From assembly GCF_009914755.1 (NCBI RefSeq), contig NC_060928.1: a stretch of DNA of 64,000 nt; one strand, written 5' to 3'. The notes under the pieces are model-generated. The model was not told the DNA's origin, did no database searches, and saw only the letters and a program-made list of their open reading frames with translations. Each line of letters opens with the position of its first letter. Within the stretch, counting starts at the first letter, position 1. Shown here one piece after another: positions 1 through 12,295 of this stretch. The position numbers and the translations under genes were made by a program. The stretch is from the human T2T-CHM13v2.0 reference genome, Homo sapiens.

Positions 1-185
1 CAAGGGATAAACTTTGTACTTGCAGTGCTATCTAGAAATTTTCCCGCAGGTTATTTAGCCCCTGTTGCTCCCTCTCCCGACCAGCACACCAGGACAGCTC
101 CTAGGGATTTAGGTCAGAGCACTGTTTACCACAACCTAAACTCATATTGCTTGTTTGTGGGGTGGGGAGGGGGGGTGCAAGGGGG

Positions 186-463
186 GATGGCGTCTTGCTC
201 TGTCACCCATGCTGGAGTGCAGTGGCATGATCTCACTGCAACCTCCACCTCCTGGGTTCAAGCGATTCTCTTGCCTCAGCCTCCCAAGTAGCTGGAGTAG
301 CTGGGACTACAGGTGCCCGCCATCACATCCGGCTAGTTTTTGTATTTTTAGTAGAGACAGGGTTTCACCATGTTGGCCATGCTGGTCTCAGACTCCTGAC
401 CTTGTGATCCACCTTGGCCTCCCAAAGTGCTAGGATTACAGGCGTGAACCACCATGACCTGCC
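186..463 (-). mobile_element. Alu (AluS-type), antisense
   Basis: Reverse-complement Alu body (gctggagtgcagtgg...cccaaagtgctaggattacaggcgtga); internal agtagctgg duplication; poly(A) tail position is G-rich on the + strand. Confidence 0.95.
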
Positions 464-3400
464 CAGATTACTTCTTAACATGTCCTGCCTTGTGGTACCG
501 GATAACTCACCTGGCTGAACATTCCCCACTATTTTGGGACATCTACATGGCTCCTGATTCTAGAAAAGGAGTGTGAAGCTATCATGTAGACCTTTCCTGC
601 TTTGTCTGAGAATGATCCCAGATGTGTTCACTGTAGGCAAGAAGGCTACTTTCCCAACATTTTGTTCAACATCTCTTCTTTCTCCTCCACCTTCTCCATT
701 CTGCTACAGAGAGGTGAAGATTTACCCAGACCAAGGGGATTGGCTTGGGTTTAATGTTTTCTCATAGGTGCTGCACCCTACATAAGCCAGTTGGCCCAAG
801 GACTAGAGAGATGGGGACAAGGAGGCTTGGTTATTCAGCCAAAAACTATATTAATGAGGGAGGCTCAGTCTTCTCCGGGCCTGTGGAAGGTGAGGAGTAA
901 TTTGGTAAGGTCCATTTGGGAGACCCTCCAAAGCACTTTTCCAGGTACCAGGCATTTTGTATGAAGGTCCTTCTTGAGGGAGCCTCCTCATCCTCACTCT
1001 ACTGAGAAATAAAGAAAATAATTCATCTTGTGGGCTAACGGTTGTCCTCAGAACTCTTTCACCTCTGAGATCACCTCCTTCTGGGTTCCTCCCCAACACT
1101 TCAAGGTCTGGCGAAGATTCTTTTTTCTCCTGGAACCCCATACAAAGTTTTCTCACATTCCACTGGAATTTCAGATTTGTTTTTAAGCGCCAGCCCCTTG
1201 AAGGCAGGAACCTGTGTCTAATTTGAGTTTGCCACTGGCCCAGTGACAGGCAGATAGTGCCCATGGAAGAGATAAGTGAGATTCAAGGTCACTTAGGCCT
1301 GTATGTGTTCTGCCCGGCCACAGAATTCCTTGTCTTGCTTTCTCTTTAGATCAGACGCTTTAAACTGATTACAGTCAACATTGGGACTTCTTTCTGTCCT
1401 GAAAACTACAAAGCCTTTCCAACACGGTTTCCCCTCCCTTCTTTAACTTTTTGCCTAATCTCTGAAACCCCTAGATAGAGTGAAATACTCTGTCCACTGT
1501 GCTCCAGTGGTCCTTCTAACAACTGACACTTTTTTAAAAGTGCATTTCTGGAGTCAGGGCAAGGTCTTATCCACCGTTGCATCCGGATTATCAGAAACCC
1601 CAATATGCCTTTCCAGGATTTAGTTGGACAGGCTGATGCCCTCAGGCCAGTCTTGGGAAGTTGCTTTCTTCTCTGGCCCCGTGCTGTGTTACAGTGCACT
1701 GCTTGCACTGCCGTGGCTGAGTGTGACTCAAGAGGTTACCCTACATGATCCCCAGAAGGCAGAAGCACAATTCTAGCATCTCTTCCCCTTGCACTTTCTC
1801 ACTACCTGTGTCGCCTGGCTGCATTTTCTACCACATTATTCCTTTCTACCACCATCTTTCCTTCCCTTTCATGAGCTCTCACATGCTTTTCACTCATTCT
1901 TTTCTAGCAATTTCCACTTCCCTATCATTTCCCCCCAGTCCTTCTGACATCTCTTGGTCCAATTGCCACCTTTTCTTCCCCCATTCCCTTGACCTTTATT
2001 TCCCAGCACTGGCCCTCCTTAGGCAGTGGTTTTATTTCATGTATTTGTTCCTTTACCAACATCCTAACCTCACCAGTCCCCATTCCTTGGGTCTGTCCTT
2101 CTGGTTCACCTCTAGCATGACACAGTCAAGACAAGACTTGAGCAGCCACTTCACTGCATGGCCAGCAAGGCAACAGCACTTTTTCACAGCAGCCCAGGCA
2201 GGCACTGGTACAAATTAATGCCTTGCACTTTTGAAAAATCTGCAGTGCTTCCTGCAGGAGCAGCGCAGGCATCACCCCTTCATCCTAGACAGGGAACACA
2301 GCAGAGGCAGGGAGGTGCAGGTGGGCATCAGAGAGCTAGGGAAACCGGATCTCCTGTCAGTGTGAACTGAAGGTTTTTTCTCCCCTATTCTTGCTTCCCT
2401 CCCCTCTCTCTCCTGACAGAGACACCCAGCAGTGTTTTGGTGGCTGTGCTGTCGACTTTCGCCTCCTAATCTCAGTTAATCAACTTGAGATCATTGATGC
2501 AGGTCAGCATCAGCCCATCTGTTTGATCAAGAGTCAGAGATCTCTATTTCCTTGCAGTCAGAATTCCTCCCTGGGGCAGGCACCCTGCTATAGTAACCTT
2601 CATTTAATACCCCCGTTATCATTAGCATCAGAGCTCATCGACACGCCTTTCCACAGAGGATCCCTGCTCCAGCCTAGAGGACTCCAGCATCTTCAAGGAA
2701 TACCTTATTGGAGTTCACCTTGACTGCAATCTGAAGGAAGTGCTACTGCTTTCAGCAACAAACAACCACCAAGCAATAAACATTTCAAGATCATTTCTCT
2801 CTAAAAACAATCTTCAGTTTTTTCCATTTCTTTCCATCATGTACCCTTTTCAGTTTATCTTCATCTAGACGATAAACAAAATACCCTCAAAGAGGCTGTC
2901 TTTTATCAATGGGAACAATTTTTGTCCAACATGCTATAAACTGGTTTGCAGGATACTTACAAAGAACAATAGGGGAAATGAAATAAACCATTCAGAACTG
3001 TGCCCTGAAGTTTACCAAGGTAATTGATCCTTCCACTGGATCCTCCTGAATTTTTCAACAGTAAACTAATTCATCTTCAACTGTTGATTTCGCCATTATT
3101 ATATGTTTCACAAACAGTAGATGCTTTAAATGATTTCAACATTTACCCCATAAGTTAAATGAATAAGACATTTGGTTAAAATAATAACACTTCTAGAAAT
3201 CAGAGAAAGAAAGATGAGAGAGAGAAAGATTGCTAGTGCAAAACTTGCACGAGGGATTTGCACCTGTACAACTTGTGGTTACTTAATGTCTCCTGAAATC
3301 TAGAAGTACTCACCAAGACAGCTGGCAAATAGGGGGTTAATCATTACAGAAAATGATGCATCATATCTTTTCAGTTTGGTTTATACTGAAGGGCAGTAAA

Positions 3401-4403
3401 GATTTATGCTTCAGGAGGATAAAACTGTTATTTTCAGAGTGTGGTTGTCTCCTTTGAACATTTATTTTCTGAGGCAATGTAGATATAGTTAGTCTATGTT
3501 ATAGAACAATCCTAGTGCTCCCTAAAAGAACTCTCTGGTACTTTAATCATCTGGATGTATTAGGCTATATGAAAACGTCTTGGGTTTCTGAAATGTTCTA
3601 ACACCTAAGGCTTATAAGAATATTGAGCTATAGTAACATTTTAAAAACAGAAGATTCCTTAGACGTTTTATTAAATTAGGTAATACTGTTTGTCTACATC
3701 AGTTGCCACTTTCTTGCAGTATTTTTCAAAAAGATAGTTTTATCCTCCAATATTTTCAATTGCTGCTAACTGCATTTTAATTTAGAAACATTTATGAGTT
3801 GGCCTTTTCTCCCTAATAGACGGTATGCTTAATTCTTTCTTATATTGGCAGAAAATTACTTCATGGATGTAGATAAGATAGGTATATCTTATTACTATAT
3901 ATCTCTCTGGTATTGTATTTTCCAGTTCCAGGAAGGCAAGATTGAAAGAGCTTTCTGTCACCAGCTAGTTATTAACAAAAACAGTATTCATTGCCTTTCT
4001 GGTCTTAGGCAGCATCTGAAGCTCCCTGCAGTTCGATCCTGTGATTATTAACTCCCTTCCCACCAGTATCTTGTACAGGCCCATTATCTACTGTCAATAT
4101 TTTTATAGCCTGTGAGGAGAAGTCCTGCTTACTTCCTGTTAGAAGGGAGGTAACAGGGTTTTCTCTCTCTTTTTTTAAGTAGATAAATATGTACTCTACA
4201 AATATGTTTGGTGAGGAGGTAAGAAGGGAGGGAAAGGGGAGCCAAGCATCTGCTGTCTCACAGGCTCATTGTGTGGTTAATCATTGCTCTAGAATAGTTT
4301 CACAGGGTGTAGGCTTTCCGAAACAAGGATTACTGAAAGATCCAGGTTTGAAAACTTTTTTCAGTTCTGTTCACACATGAAATCCTAGACATTAGGAATG
4401 GGG

Positions 4404-4447
4404 TTGTGTGTGTGTGTGTGTTGTTGTTGTTGTTGTTGTTGTTGTTG
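4404..4447. repeat. (GT)n followed by (GTT)n microsatellite
   Basis: Read directly from the sequence. Confidence 0.95.
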
Positions 4448-4937
4448 ATTTTTAACCATTTTATCTTCATGTCAGCCATTTTGATTTTCCAGCTTTGAGA
4501 AATCTCTGAAGGAAATTTTCCTGAAAGAGATGAACTGATGTATAATGTCTATGTTTAAGAGAATGGAGCTTCACAACATAGGACTGTCATAGGGATTTAT
4601 TGTGAAAACAGGGTTAGTGTTTCAAGGCTCTACTTTGTAAGAATAAATACATTTTTAAAGTTTAAGCAAATTAAGCATAGCCTTTAGTTCAAAGCATGTA
4701 CTTTCAAAAGTAACTTTTATCATGTTCCTATGTTCTCTATCTAGTGGCTGTTTTGATAAAAGAAAAGACCAAGGCCAGTGATCATAGATGTGGGATAACA
4801 CAAAATATTGTCATGAATCACAGTATTTTCAAATATAAATCATGACACATAATGTTCAACTTTGAACATTTTTAAATTGAAAGCATTTCTGTCAAGAATT
4901 AGAAGATTCTTTCTGTGTTTATAGTTTTATCTTTTTA

Positions 4938-5125
4938 AAAGAGCAGTAGACTCCAAGTCAGTAATTCTGTTTTATTCCCAGTTTTCTCACTTATTAATTC
5001 TGTGTACCTAGGGCAAAGTATGCAGCTTTTCTGAATTTTAGTTTTATTATTTATAAAAGAGGGAAGAACAATTAAACTTGAGCCACCCACATCAGAGACT
5101 TGTTTTGAAAATCATATAACATAAA
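4938..5125 (+). mobile_element. MIR relic
   Basis: ctgtgtacctagggcaaagta...ttttagttttattatttataaaagaggg resembles the MIR core. Confidence 0.6.
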
Positions 5126-5152
5126 AGAATCATACAAGATCACATATATATA

Positions 5153-5535
5153 CCAGGTTAGGCCAATTATGCTGTAGCAACAAACAAGACCAAAATGTGA
5201 GTGACATAAGCAACAAAAGTATATTTCTTGTTCATAATACAAAACAATCAGAGGAGGTCAACTGGGACTTAGCTGTGACAACAGATCAGCTGGTCTCTTA
5301 TTACTTAGGCACCCAGAATGACACAGCAGCCACAGCCACCACCTCAAGCATTGCTAGTTACCAAATACAGAGGGAAAGAAGGCTCTGGAGGCAATTATAT
5401 TATCTGCTTGGAACTGACACATATCACTTCTGCTCACAATTTATTGGCAAGAACTCCTTAGAAGGCCTCATCCTACCACAAAGAGGTCATTAAGTACAAT
5501 CCTACCAGACTATAAATAGCATTAATGACCACCAT
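5153..5535 (-). mobile_element. MLT1 (J/K-like) MaLR LTR relic
   Basis: ttatgctgtagcaacaaacaa...tcacttctgctcacaatttattggcaagaact match antisense MLT1 motifs. Confidence 0.65.
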
Positions 5536-5944
5536 AATTTGTAATAGGAAATTTCCAATGTCAAATTGCTTTACAGGTGAATATTATCTACCAAAAGTAA
5601 ACTGGGGATTTCCAGGAGTTAAAGCAGACATGAATTCGCAAAAATCATAGTACTTTTTGTGATTTAACTTTCTAAAATGAACTTACTTAGAGGTCTTTAA
5701 ATTTAACAGTTTGGATACATTTGCTTGGAATTACAGAAAACATTGACCTAGAGGTTACTAAAATGAAGCCTGAGATTCTACTTGGCTTCAACCAGATCAC
5801 AGTTTTCCTAAAATAGAAGTCCTTATCCATTCACTAAGATACAATATTTTAAAAACAAAAAACAATAACACATAGATCTTGATGCAACAATAACAATAAC
5901 AATGCTGTATTCATCACTTATGGATAAATCAATTATTGCCAAGA

Positions 5945-6335
5945 TGAGACAGTCAGAAGTCTTTGCAAGACTTTTGGGACAATTACAGGGAAAATAAGTT
6001 CTGTTTCATCAGATTTGAGAAACTATAAGATGTAACCCTGGCATTGTGAGTGGTTATTTCTATCATTACATAGATACAAGTTGCCTAAGAAGATCACCAA
6101 TCCAGCAGAAAGCAAAGCAAAGATGGAAAGAGAGAAAAAGGTGAGTGTGTGTGTGTGTGTGTGTGTGTCTCAATCTAATCACTTAATGTCTTTAAATTCA
6201 GCATGCCTAAAATTAGTTATACTCTCTAGCTTCCCAATTTTTTGAGCCAATAAGTCCCTCTCTCCTCATTTTTTTCTTTAAATCAATTTGAATCGGGTTT
6301 CTGCCAATTAAATCTAAAAGTATCCTGGTTAATAC
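5945..6335 (+). mobile_element. MLT1 (J-like) LTR relic with internal (GT)n at ~6145-6168
   Basis: gagccaataagtccct...gggtttctg...atcctggttaataca MLT1 3' end. Confidence 0.6.
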
Positions 6336-6714
6336 AGAAACTTAGTGTATTTGTTACTGTGCTAGACTTAGTCACCTGCTAAAAGGATGAGAATCTCAAA
6401 TTATATCCTAAGAATAAAATCAAATTTAGAATCAGAATGTATGCTTTACTAATGTATCCATAGTTTAGGTTCTATATTTTTCTCTATTATTTGGGTCACT
6501 TTAATAAAAATGTTTGTTCCGTTTCTAAGTTTTGGCCTAGGCTAAGTCAAGGTGGTCTTTTGGCCAATTGTGCTGAACTAACAAAGGTGGTGAGTAGAAT
6601 CCTATCCCTATTTAACCTCTAAAGCAAAGGCAACTATCTTTCCATAAAGAAAAATCAATTTAAAGTGTTTTATACAATGTTCATCTTTGGTCATCAGTTC
6701 ATCTAAGAATTTTT

Positions 6715-7825
6715 TCAATTTTTATTGAGTACTCACTATGAGCAGCATTGCATTAAATTCTAAATTACAGAAGGTTTTTGGGTGAGGGTAGGTTTGTGTT
6801 TATTTTAAAGCATAAATAAAATTTGTGTGGGCCGATTGTTTTCTAGATGCTGCGAAGACAGATCACTGCCTTCATGGACTCCGTGCTCTACTGAGGAGAA
6901 AGAGAGACAGTAACAAGATAATAAGCATAATAAGTAGTGGTTTAGGTAGTGATCATCATTAAATGGGAAAGTTAAGAAAAGGAAATTAAAGTCATGCGGG
7001 GTTGGAGAAGAGGTTGAAATTTTATTCTGAGTGGCCAAGGTAAACCTTGCTGAGGTGACTTTGGAAAAAAGACCAGAAAAGTGATCAAACTAGTGAGCCC
7101 TGTGGATAACTGGTCATGAGGGTGGGGGTGGGGGTTGGGGGAGGATGAGAAGGGGAATATTTTAGGTAGGCAACCGTAAGTGCAAAGGCCCTAAGATGGG
7201 AATGTGCCTAGTGTGTCTAAGGACCAGCCAAGAGTCCAGCACAGCTGATGTGGTGAGAAGAGAGAGAGAGAGAAGTTAGAGAAATAAAGAGTTGTGAAGA
7301 AGGTTCTATCAAGAGCAGAATCATCTATGGCCTTGTAGGTTAGAGAAGGAAGTTGATTTTTACTCTGAGTGAAAAGAGGAGCCATCTCTGGGTTTTGAAT
7401 GGAAGACTGACACTATACAACATGGTTTAATAGCCCCTCGCTGGGGCTATTGAGAATAGACTGTAGAAGGGTGAGAGTAGCAGGAGTTAATCCAGGTGAG
7501 AGGGGATGCTGGTTTGGGTCAGGTAAATAGTGTGAATGGTGAGAACTTGTTAAACTCTGGACATAATTTAAATGTATAGATAATACTAGGTTTGTGCAAA
7601 TATAACTGCGTTATTTGCTGTGAAAGTAATGGCAAAAACCACAATTACATTTGCACCAACCTAATAGGATAGGCTGACACTGGAAATGAGATGCGAGAGA
7701 CACAGAGGGGACTAGGATCACACTGAAGTTTTTGTTCTGAGCAACTGGAAGAATAGTGTTGCTAGTAAATGAGATGAGAAAGACAAAAAACAGGTGGGAG
7801 GGAAGCCCAGTTTTGGACAACATTT
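6715..7825 (-). mobile_element. L2 LINE relic interrupted by MADE1
   Basis: tttattgagtactcactatg tail; gtgcaaaggccctaag, tttactctgagtga and ctgagcaactggaagaat L2 motifs. Confidence 0.8.
7586..7664. mobile_element. MADE1 (Hsmar1-derived mariner MITE)
   Basis: 79-bp near-palindrome ctaggtttgtgcaaa...aattacatttgcaccaacctaa flanked by TA on both sides. Confidence 0.92.
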
Positions 7826-7915
7826 ACCTATCTATGAATACAGTCCACTAATACAGTGAATTGCACATAGTGAGTAGGCAATAAATATTTGCCAGTAGTT
7901 ATCAACATGGTTTGT

Positions 7916-8283
7916 TGATATGGTTTGGATTTGTGTCCCTGCCCAAATCTCATGTCGAATTGTAATCCCCAATGTTGGAGGTGGGACCTGGTGGGAGGTG
8001 ACTGGATCATGGGGGTGAATTTCCCCCTTTGATGCTGTATTTGTGACAGAGTTCTCATGAGATTTGGTCATTTAAAAGTGTGTAGCACCTCCCTCCTCTT
8101 TATCTTCTTCCTGCTCCATCCATGTAAGAGGTGCCTGCTTGCCATTCGCCTTCTGCCGTGATTGTAAGTTTCCAAAACCTCCCAGCCATGCCTCTTATAC
8201 AACCTGTGGAACCACGACCTTTTCTTTATAAATTACCTTGTCTCAGGTATTTATTTATAGTAGTGCGAGAACAGAATAATACA
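7916..8283 (+). mobile_element. MST (MSTA-like) MaLR solo LTR
   Basis: Starts tgatatggtttggat, ends aataca; 5-bp TSD TTTGT at 7911-7915 and 8284-8288. Confidence 0.92.
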
Positions 8284-10491
8284 TTTGTCTTTCTTGTTAG
8301 ACTGAGAGCCCATTAAATTCAGGGATCCATCTTTTTCTTGTTTTATTTGCTGCCCCTAGCAAAGCATTTGAAATATAGTAACTGTTAAATTAATAAGTGC
8401 ATACAGCTAAGTATAACTGAGAAAGGTTGGTACAGTAACCTTCCCATAGAACTGGCAATTTAGTCATCATTTCTAAATCCAGATGGTAATGGCAAGAACA
8501 GTTCTGTACAAGTGGTAAAGAATGATTCGATCTTTGAGTTTAGAGATGTGAGGGAGGCTATATTAGGTAAAAGGAAGAGGCCAAAGGAAGGTAGAGAAAA
8601 GGAAAGATGAATTGTATTCCCTCTACTCAGATTCCACTTCTTTTTGAAACTGGTAGAATAGACTTCTATGCATTTCTCTGCTAAATGTTAACCAGTGTGA
8701 GCAGAGACTCCTTGAAATTTAGTTCCTATATTTATACAAACTGATAGACTTGTGAGGATAAAATGAGATCATACACGTGAAATTTACTAATAAATGTATA
8801 AATCTACTTATAAACTTCAAAGAACTATCAGAGTACAATGTAAATCCCAAAATCTGTGCAGTAAGTTGTACATTAAGAGTACTTAAGAAAGGTTGCAGTG
8901 CTAGGGAAGATAGAGGAAGCACACTTCTGTCTCTCCCACTTAATGCAGGTATAAATGTTGATGCAACTATATGAAGATGCTGAAAAGTAAATTTTAGCAG
9001 GAAGATTGGAGAAAGAGCCCAGAATTTGAAGTTGCACCAAACCAGTGGTGAATATTCCATTGTTCCCTTCCAGTATCACTTGACATAGGCTCAAGGGAAG
9101 TTCTAAATCCAGAAGTACACATGAGTAAAGAGCAAAAAGCTTCAAGAAGATCCCTTTCTTTCTAAAGAAATTGCGGAAGAGGGGAATCCCATGGATCACA
9201 GAGAGCGGGGAAAATCCTTACTTTTTAATCATTATTTTTCCCTTCTCTCTTGCCTTAGCCCCCAGGCAATACTATTGTGGTGGTAGTGGCCAAGGAGGTA
9301 CCTAAAAATCTGAAGAAGAATCCCTCTCTATGACTAAAGTAGTCCCAAGAGTATGAAGTTAATCCCCATTGTTTTTTTTCTTTCTCTGTCCTTCCGCAAT
9401 TTTGGCAGTATATGCAGACCCAGTCACAAGAATATCATGGTAGACAAAGGGAATTTAACCCCTAGTTTTCTGTACAGAGGGCCAGGAAGTAAGGCCTGTG
9501 GGAGCCAGAGGTATTGGAGAGGTCATGGTGAAGGGGAAAATCAGAAGTCAAACTCATGAAAACATACATGCACTCCTGGGCTGACTTAAGAGCTGTGCAT
9601 GCATGGAGGCAACACTCTTAAAATGAATGAGGAGTCTCATCAAAGAAATAGAAGACACAAAGAAAAACAATAAAAATTGCATAAAGTATCCAATAACATA
9701 AAAAATATTTACTAGATGGGATCAACAGCAGAATGGAGATGACAAAATGTAATAGGTAAACTTAAAAATAGGTAAATAAAAATAATCTTAAACAACAAAG
9801 ACAAATTTAAAAAGATTATAAAGAAATGAGCAAAGACTTAGGGGCCTATGGAACAATTCCAAAAGGTCTAAGTCATCAGAGTCCCAGAAGGAGAAGAAAA
9901 AGAGCAAGAGGCATAAAAAATATTTAAAGAAATAGTGGCTGAAAACTTCCCAAATTTGGCAACAGTCATGTAGTTATACATTCTAGAAGCTTAGTAAAGT
10001 CCTAACAGTATACATGTAAAGAAACCAATGTCCAAATATATTATAATCAAACTATTGAACACCAAAGACAAAGACAAAGTTCTGAAGGCAACTAGAGAAA
10101 AATAATACATTACTTACAGGATGTTAATAATTTGAATGACTGGATTTGTTATCCGAAACCATAGAAGTAGAGTATGTTGGAATAACATTTTCAAAGTGCT
10201 GAAAGGAAAGAACTGTTATCCCAGAACTCTATATCCAGTAAAAATATCCTTTAGGAATGAAGGAAAAATAAAGAAATCCTAAGATAGAGGAAAAATAAGA
10301 ATTTATCACCAAATACCTGCTCTAAAAAAAAAAAAAAAAGTCAAGGGCAATTTCCCATGCAAGAGGGACATGATATTAAAGGAAAACTTAGAACATTTGG
10401 AATAAAAGAAGAGTAGCAGAAATTGTAAAAGCTGGATAAACATATTAGATTATTCTTCTCCTCTAAGTTCTTTCAAATATGCATACCAATC

Positions 10492-10583
10492 AAAGCAAAA
10501 AAAATTTCAAAAAACATTGTCTTGATAGGATTTTCAAAAGCAAAAAAATTATTTCAAAAAACATTGTCTTGATAGGATTTTCA
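10492..10583. repeat. Tandem duplication, two ~45-47-bp copies, inside L1M
   Basis: aaagcaaaaaaa..tttcaaaaaacattgtcttgataggattttca occurs twice in succession. Confidence 0.9.
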
Positions 10584-12215
10584 GAGTAAGTAGAACTAAC
10601 CCATTTGACAACTGCAACATAAACAGGGAAGTTAAAAGAAAACCTATGGGAGTTTTCTACACTCCTTCAGTCGGTAAAATATTAATTCTAGGTGGACAGT
10701 GACAAGTTAAATATGTATTATTATAAACTACAAAGAAAAACTGTTTTTAAAAACTATATCAAGCAACATAGCCAAAAACTCAATAGATAAATTAGAATAA
10801 TAGAAAATAGTTAAATAATCCAAATAAAGAGGTGAAGAGGAAACAGACACAAAATAGAGAATAAAAAGAAAACAAATAAACCATAGACCTAATTTCAAAC
10901 ATATTAATGAATTTATTAAATATACATAGTCCAAGAAAGCAAAGTAAATGACAGAGGTTGTCAGAATAACTTTTTTTAAAACTCAACTATATACTGTTTA
11001 TAAGAAATCTCCTTCAAATATAATTTTATTAGGAGGTTAAATTTAAAAGATGAAAAGCAAAATACTATGCAAACATTAGTCAAAAGAAAGCTTGTGTGGT
11101 TAATGTCAGATACAGTAAACTATAAAAAAAGGAAAATCACTGGTGATTAAGAGAGAGATTGCATATTTAAAAAAAATTTACAAGAAAACATAAAACTATT
11201 CTAAATGTGCATACACCTGACGACAGAGCTTCAAAATATATAAAGCCAAAACTGATAGAATTGAAAAGAGAAATATCTAAGTCTACAAACATATTTAGAA
11301 AAGTCAACATTCCTTTTTCAATAATTGATAGAACAAGTACACAGAAAAATAGCAAAAATATAATTGAATAGCACTATTAACCAACTAGGTCTAGTTAACA
11401 TTTATAGAACATCCAACCCAACAAAAGCAGATTACATACTCACCAGGATAGACTATATTCAGCATCAGCCTTATACCAAAACCAGACAAAAACAGTACCA
11501 GAGAATAATACTAAAGAATAATATCCCTCAGAATATAGACAGAAAAATAATCAACAAAATGCTGGCAAACCAAACTCATAAACATATAAAAAGAATATAA
11601 GACAAAGAATATATGACTATGACCAAGAAAAGTTTGTCTAGGAACTTAGGGCTACTTCAATATTTGAAAATCAATCAATGTAATCTACCGTATTAACAGA
11701 CAAAAGAAGAAAAAACATGACTATCAATTGATGCAGAAAAAAGATTTGATAAAATTCCACGTCTTTTCATAATAAAAAATACATATTAAACTGAGAAAAG
11801 TGGGGAGCTTTCCTAAGCCGATAAAAGACATCTACATAAAACCTGCAGCCAACACCATGCTTCGTTATATAAGAATGAATGTTTTCCCACTGAGAATAAG
11901 GCAAGGCTATCCATTCTCATGACTCTTATACAATAGTGTACTGAAAGTCCTAGCCAGCACAAAAATGCACGACAATTTGGAAAATAAGAATTAATCTGTT
12001 TCTATTTATAGATGATATGCTTGAATATGTAGAAAATCTTATGAAATCAACAAAAACCTCTTAGAACTACTAAGTAAATTTAGCAAGGTTGCACATTACA
12101 AGTTCAATACACAAAATTCAATCATATTTCTATATACTAGCAATGAACGATCGGAAACTCCAATTAAAAAAAAGATTTATAATTGTTCCAAAAATGAAAA
12201 TATTTAGAATATCTA

Positions 12216-12295
12216 TTAGGTTCCTGCAAAAGTAACTGTGGGTTTTGCCATTGAAAGTAATAGCAAAACCTGCAATTACTTTTGCAGCAACCTAA
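12216..12295. mobile_element. MADE1 (Hsmar1-derived MITE) inside L1M
   Basis: 80-bp near-palindrome ttaggttcctgcaaaagtaac...gcaattacttttgcagcaacctaa; left TA is present. Confidence 0.92.

Noticed and set aside
25-433. ORFs with LSPRLECSG / VQWHDL-type peptides (also at 20840, 31804, 39596, 48316, 59490)
   Set aside because: Standard Alu translation artefacts
1745-2218. 157-aa ORF
   Set aside because: Low-complexity S/F/P/L/H translation of a pyrimidine-rich strand; no recognisable domain
2110-2284. Cys-rich minus-strand peptide suggestive of a TRIM B-box or zinc finger
   Set aside because: Cys/His spacing does not fit a B-box, and no flanking RING or coiled-coil exons are recognisable
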